A DNA stretch of 64,000 nucleotides, taken from contig NC_058368.1 of the NCBI RefSeq assembly GCF_018350175.1, positions 29,762,001-29,826,000 on the forward strand, given 5' to 3'. This document shows, in pieces, positions 62,001 to 64,000 of the stretch; positions within the stretch are counted from its first letter, which is position 1, and every line of letters begins with the position of its first letter. The stretch is from Felis catus. Lineage: Eukaryota. The notes under the pieces are model-generated. The model saw only the letters and a program-made list of their open reading frames with translations, did not search any database and was not told where the DNA came from. The position numbers and the translations under genes are program-made.

Positions 62001-64000
62001 TTTTGATCAAACTGGCTAGGGGTTTATCAATTTTGTTAAATCTTTCAAAGAACCAGCTTCTGGTTTCATTGATCTGTTCTACTGGTTTTTTGGTTTCGAT
62101 AGAATTGATTTCTGTTGTAGTCTTTATTATTTCCTGTTTTCTGCTGGTTTTGGGCTTTATTTGCTGTTTCTTTTCCAGCTCTCTAAGGTGTAAGGTTAGG
62201 TTATATATCTGAGACCTTTGTTTCTTCTTTAAGAATGCCTGGATTGCAATATACTTCCCTTTTATGACTGCCTTTGCTGCATCCCAGAGGTTCTGGGCTG
62301 TGGTGTTATCATTTTCATTGGCTTCCATGTACTCCTCATGGGTCTTTTGTGAACGGCGTATAGGTGGATCTTGCTTTCTTATCCATTCTGTTACCCTATG
62401 TCTTTTGATAGAAGCATTTAGTCCAGTGACGTTCAGAATCAGTATTGAAAGGTATGAATTTATTGCCATTATGTTGCTTGTAGAGTTGGAGTTTCTGGTG
62501 GTGTTCTCTTGTCCTTTCTAGTCTTTGTTGCTTTTTTCCCCCCATCTTTTCTCCCCTCAGAGAGTCCCCCTTAAAATTTCTTGCAGGGCTGGTTTAGTGG
62601 TCATGAACTCCTTAATTTTTGTTTGTCTGGGAACGTTTTAATCTCTCGTATTTTGAATGACAGCCCTGTTGGATAAAGAATTCGTGACTGCATATTTTTC
62701 AGATTCAGCACATTGAATATATCCTGCCACTCCTTTCTGGCCTGCCAAGTATCTGTGGATAGGTCTGCTCTGAACCTGATCTGTCTTCCCTTGTATGTTA
62801 AGTATTTTTTTTCTCTTGCTGCTTTCATGATTTTCCTTGACTGAATATTTTGTGAATTTGACCATGAAATGCCTTGTTTATGGTCGGTTTTTGTTGAACC
62901 TAATGGGAGTCCTCTGGGATTCCATGATTTTGATGTCTGTGTCTTTCCCCAGGTTAGGAAAGTTTTCTGCTATGATTTGCTCACATAACCCTTCAAACCC
63001 TTTTTCTCTCTCTTCCTCTTCTGGGACGCCTATGATTCTGATGTTCGTTTTTAAGGAGTCACTGGTTTCTTTAATTCTTAAATCATGCTTTTTTTTTTTT
63101 TACCTTAGTCTCCCTTTTTTTTTCTACTTCATTATTCTCCATAAGTTTGTCTTCTATATCACTGATTTGCTGCTCTACCGTATCCATCCTTGCCTCCGTG
63201 GCATCCATTGAGATTGCAGCTCAGTTATAGCATTTTTTATTTCATCCTGACTAGCTTTTATTCATTTTATCTTTGCAGAAAGAGATTCTAATCTATTGTC
63301 AACCCCAGATAGTATTCTTATTATCATGATTCTAAATTTTGATTCAGACATCTTGCTTGTATCTGTGTTGATTAAGGCCCTGGCTGTCATTTCTTCCTGC
63401 TCTTTATTTTGGGGTGAATTCCATTGTTTCATCATTTTGAAGGAAGAAAAGAAATTAATAAGGTGAAAAAAATTAAAATTAAACAATTAAAAACAACACA
63501 CGGAAAGAAATCAAATAAATGATGCTAGATCCTAGGTATGTTTTGGTCTCTTTGTTGAAAGTAGCTTGATAGATTAGAGAAAAGGGGAAAGATAAGAAAA
63601 GAGGATAAAAAAAGAAAAAAAAGGAAAATATTTGAAAATTTGAAAAAGTGAATACAATGAAATGGAATAAAATGAAATGATTGAAGTAAAATAGAATTTG
63701 GAAAATTTACAAAAAGTAAAAATATAGTAGAAAATAATTAAAGAAAAATATTTTTAATAAAAATTGAAAATAAAAATAATTTTTTCTCTTTCTGTATTCA
63801 AGAAAAAGAAAGGAAAATGGAAAAAAATTGAACAGATGGAACAGCAATCACACTATGATTGAAATTACATCTGTTTCCCATTGAAGTCAAACTATGAAGC
63901 ACTTTATAGTCTGTAAACTAAGCAGGCAGAGAGACTTGTGGTGTTCCTGAAGAGTGAGGTTGGCCCAGTTGTGTGGGGCTTAGTGTAACGGCTCTGTTCT
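59098..64000 (-). mobile_element. Inactivated LINE-1 (copy B); 5' UTR runs off the window edge; about 680-bp deletion in the endonuclease region
   Basis: Collinear with copy A. ORF1 remnants 63486-62600; ORF2 start MAINSYLS at 62469 fused in frame to post-endonuclease sequence; RT and C-terminal fragments; tail near 59100. Confidence 0.95.

Noticed and set aside
39190..64000. Tandem segmental duplication as the explanation for the two similar L1s
   Set aside because: Sequence flanking the two L1 3' ends is unrelated; similarity is confined to L1.
1..64000. CRISPR arrays, operons or other prokaryotic systems
   Set aside because: The DNA is mammalian; recurring repeats are SINEs and microsatellites with no repeat-spacer structure.

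Overview
Mammalian genomic DNA, most likely from a cat-family (Felidae) genome, judged by the felid-type CanSINEs and carnivore L1s. The one protein-coding gene I can support is PCDH8 (protocadherin-8, arcadlin/PAPC, a delta-2 protocadherin) on the minus strand. It has three coding exons (27728-25095, 24888-24681, 24192-23819; 1071 aa), GT-AG introns, an internal alternative donor giving a 97-aa shorter isoform, a TATA/octamer/CCAAT promoter in a CpG island, and a motif-rich 3' UTR. The rest is intergenic: about 20 CanSINEs, two long co-oriented dead L1s, older L1/L2/MIR/MaLR/hAT remnants and microsatellites. I found no new gene system. The most unusual signals are: (1) the two L1s, 20 kb apart, share a 345-bp identical tract and the same disabling mutations, pointing to gene conversion; (2) several templated inverted (hairpin-forming) mutations inside those L1s; (3) PCDH8 intron 1 has a distant branch point, and its retention would give a predicted NMD-escaping alternative C-terminus. 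Repeat subfamily names come from recognition, not a database search, and old-repeat boundaries are approximate.
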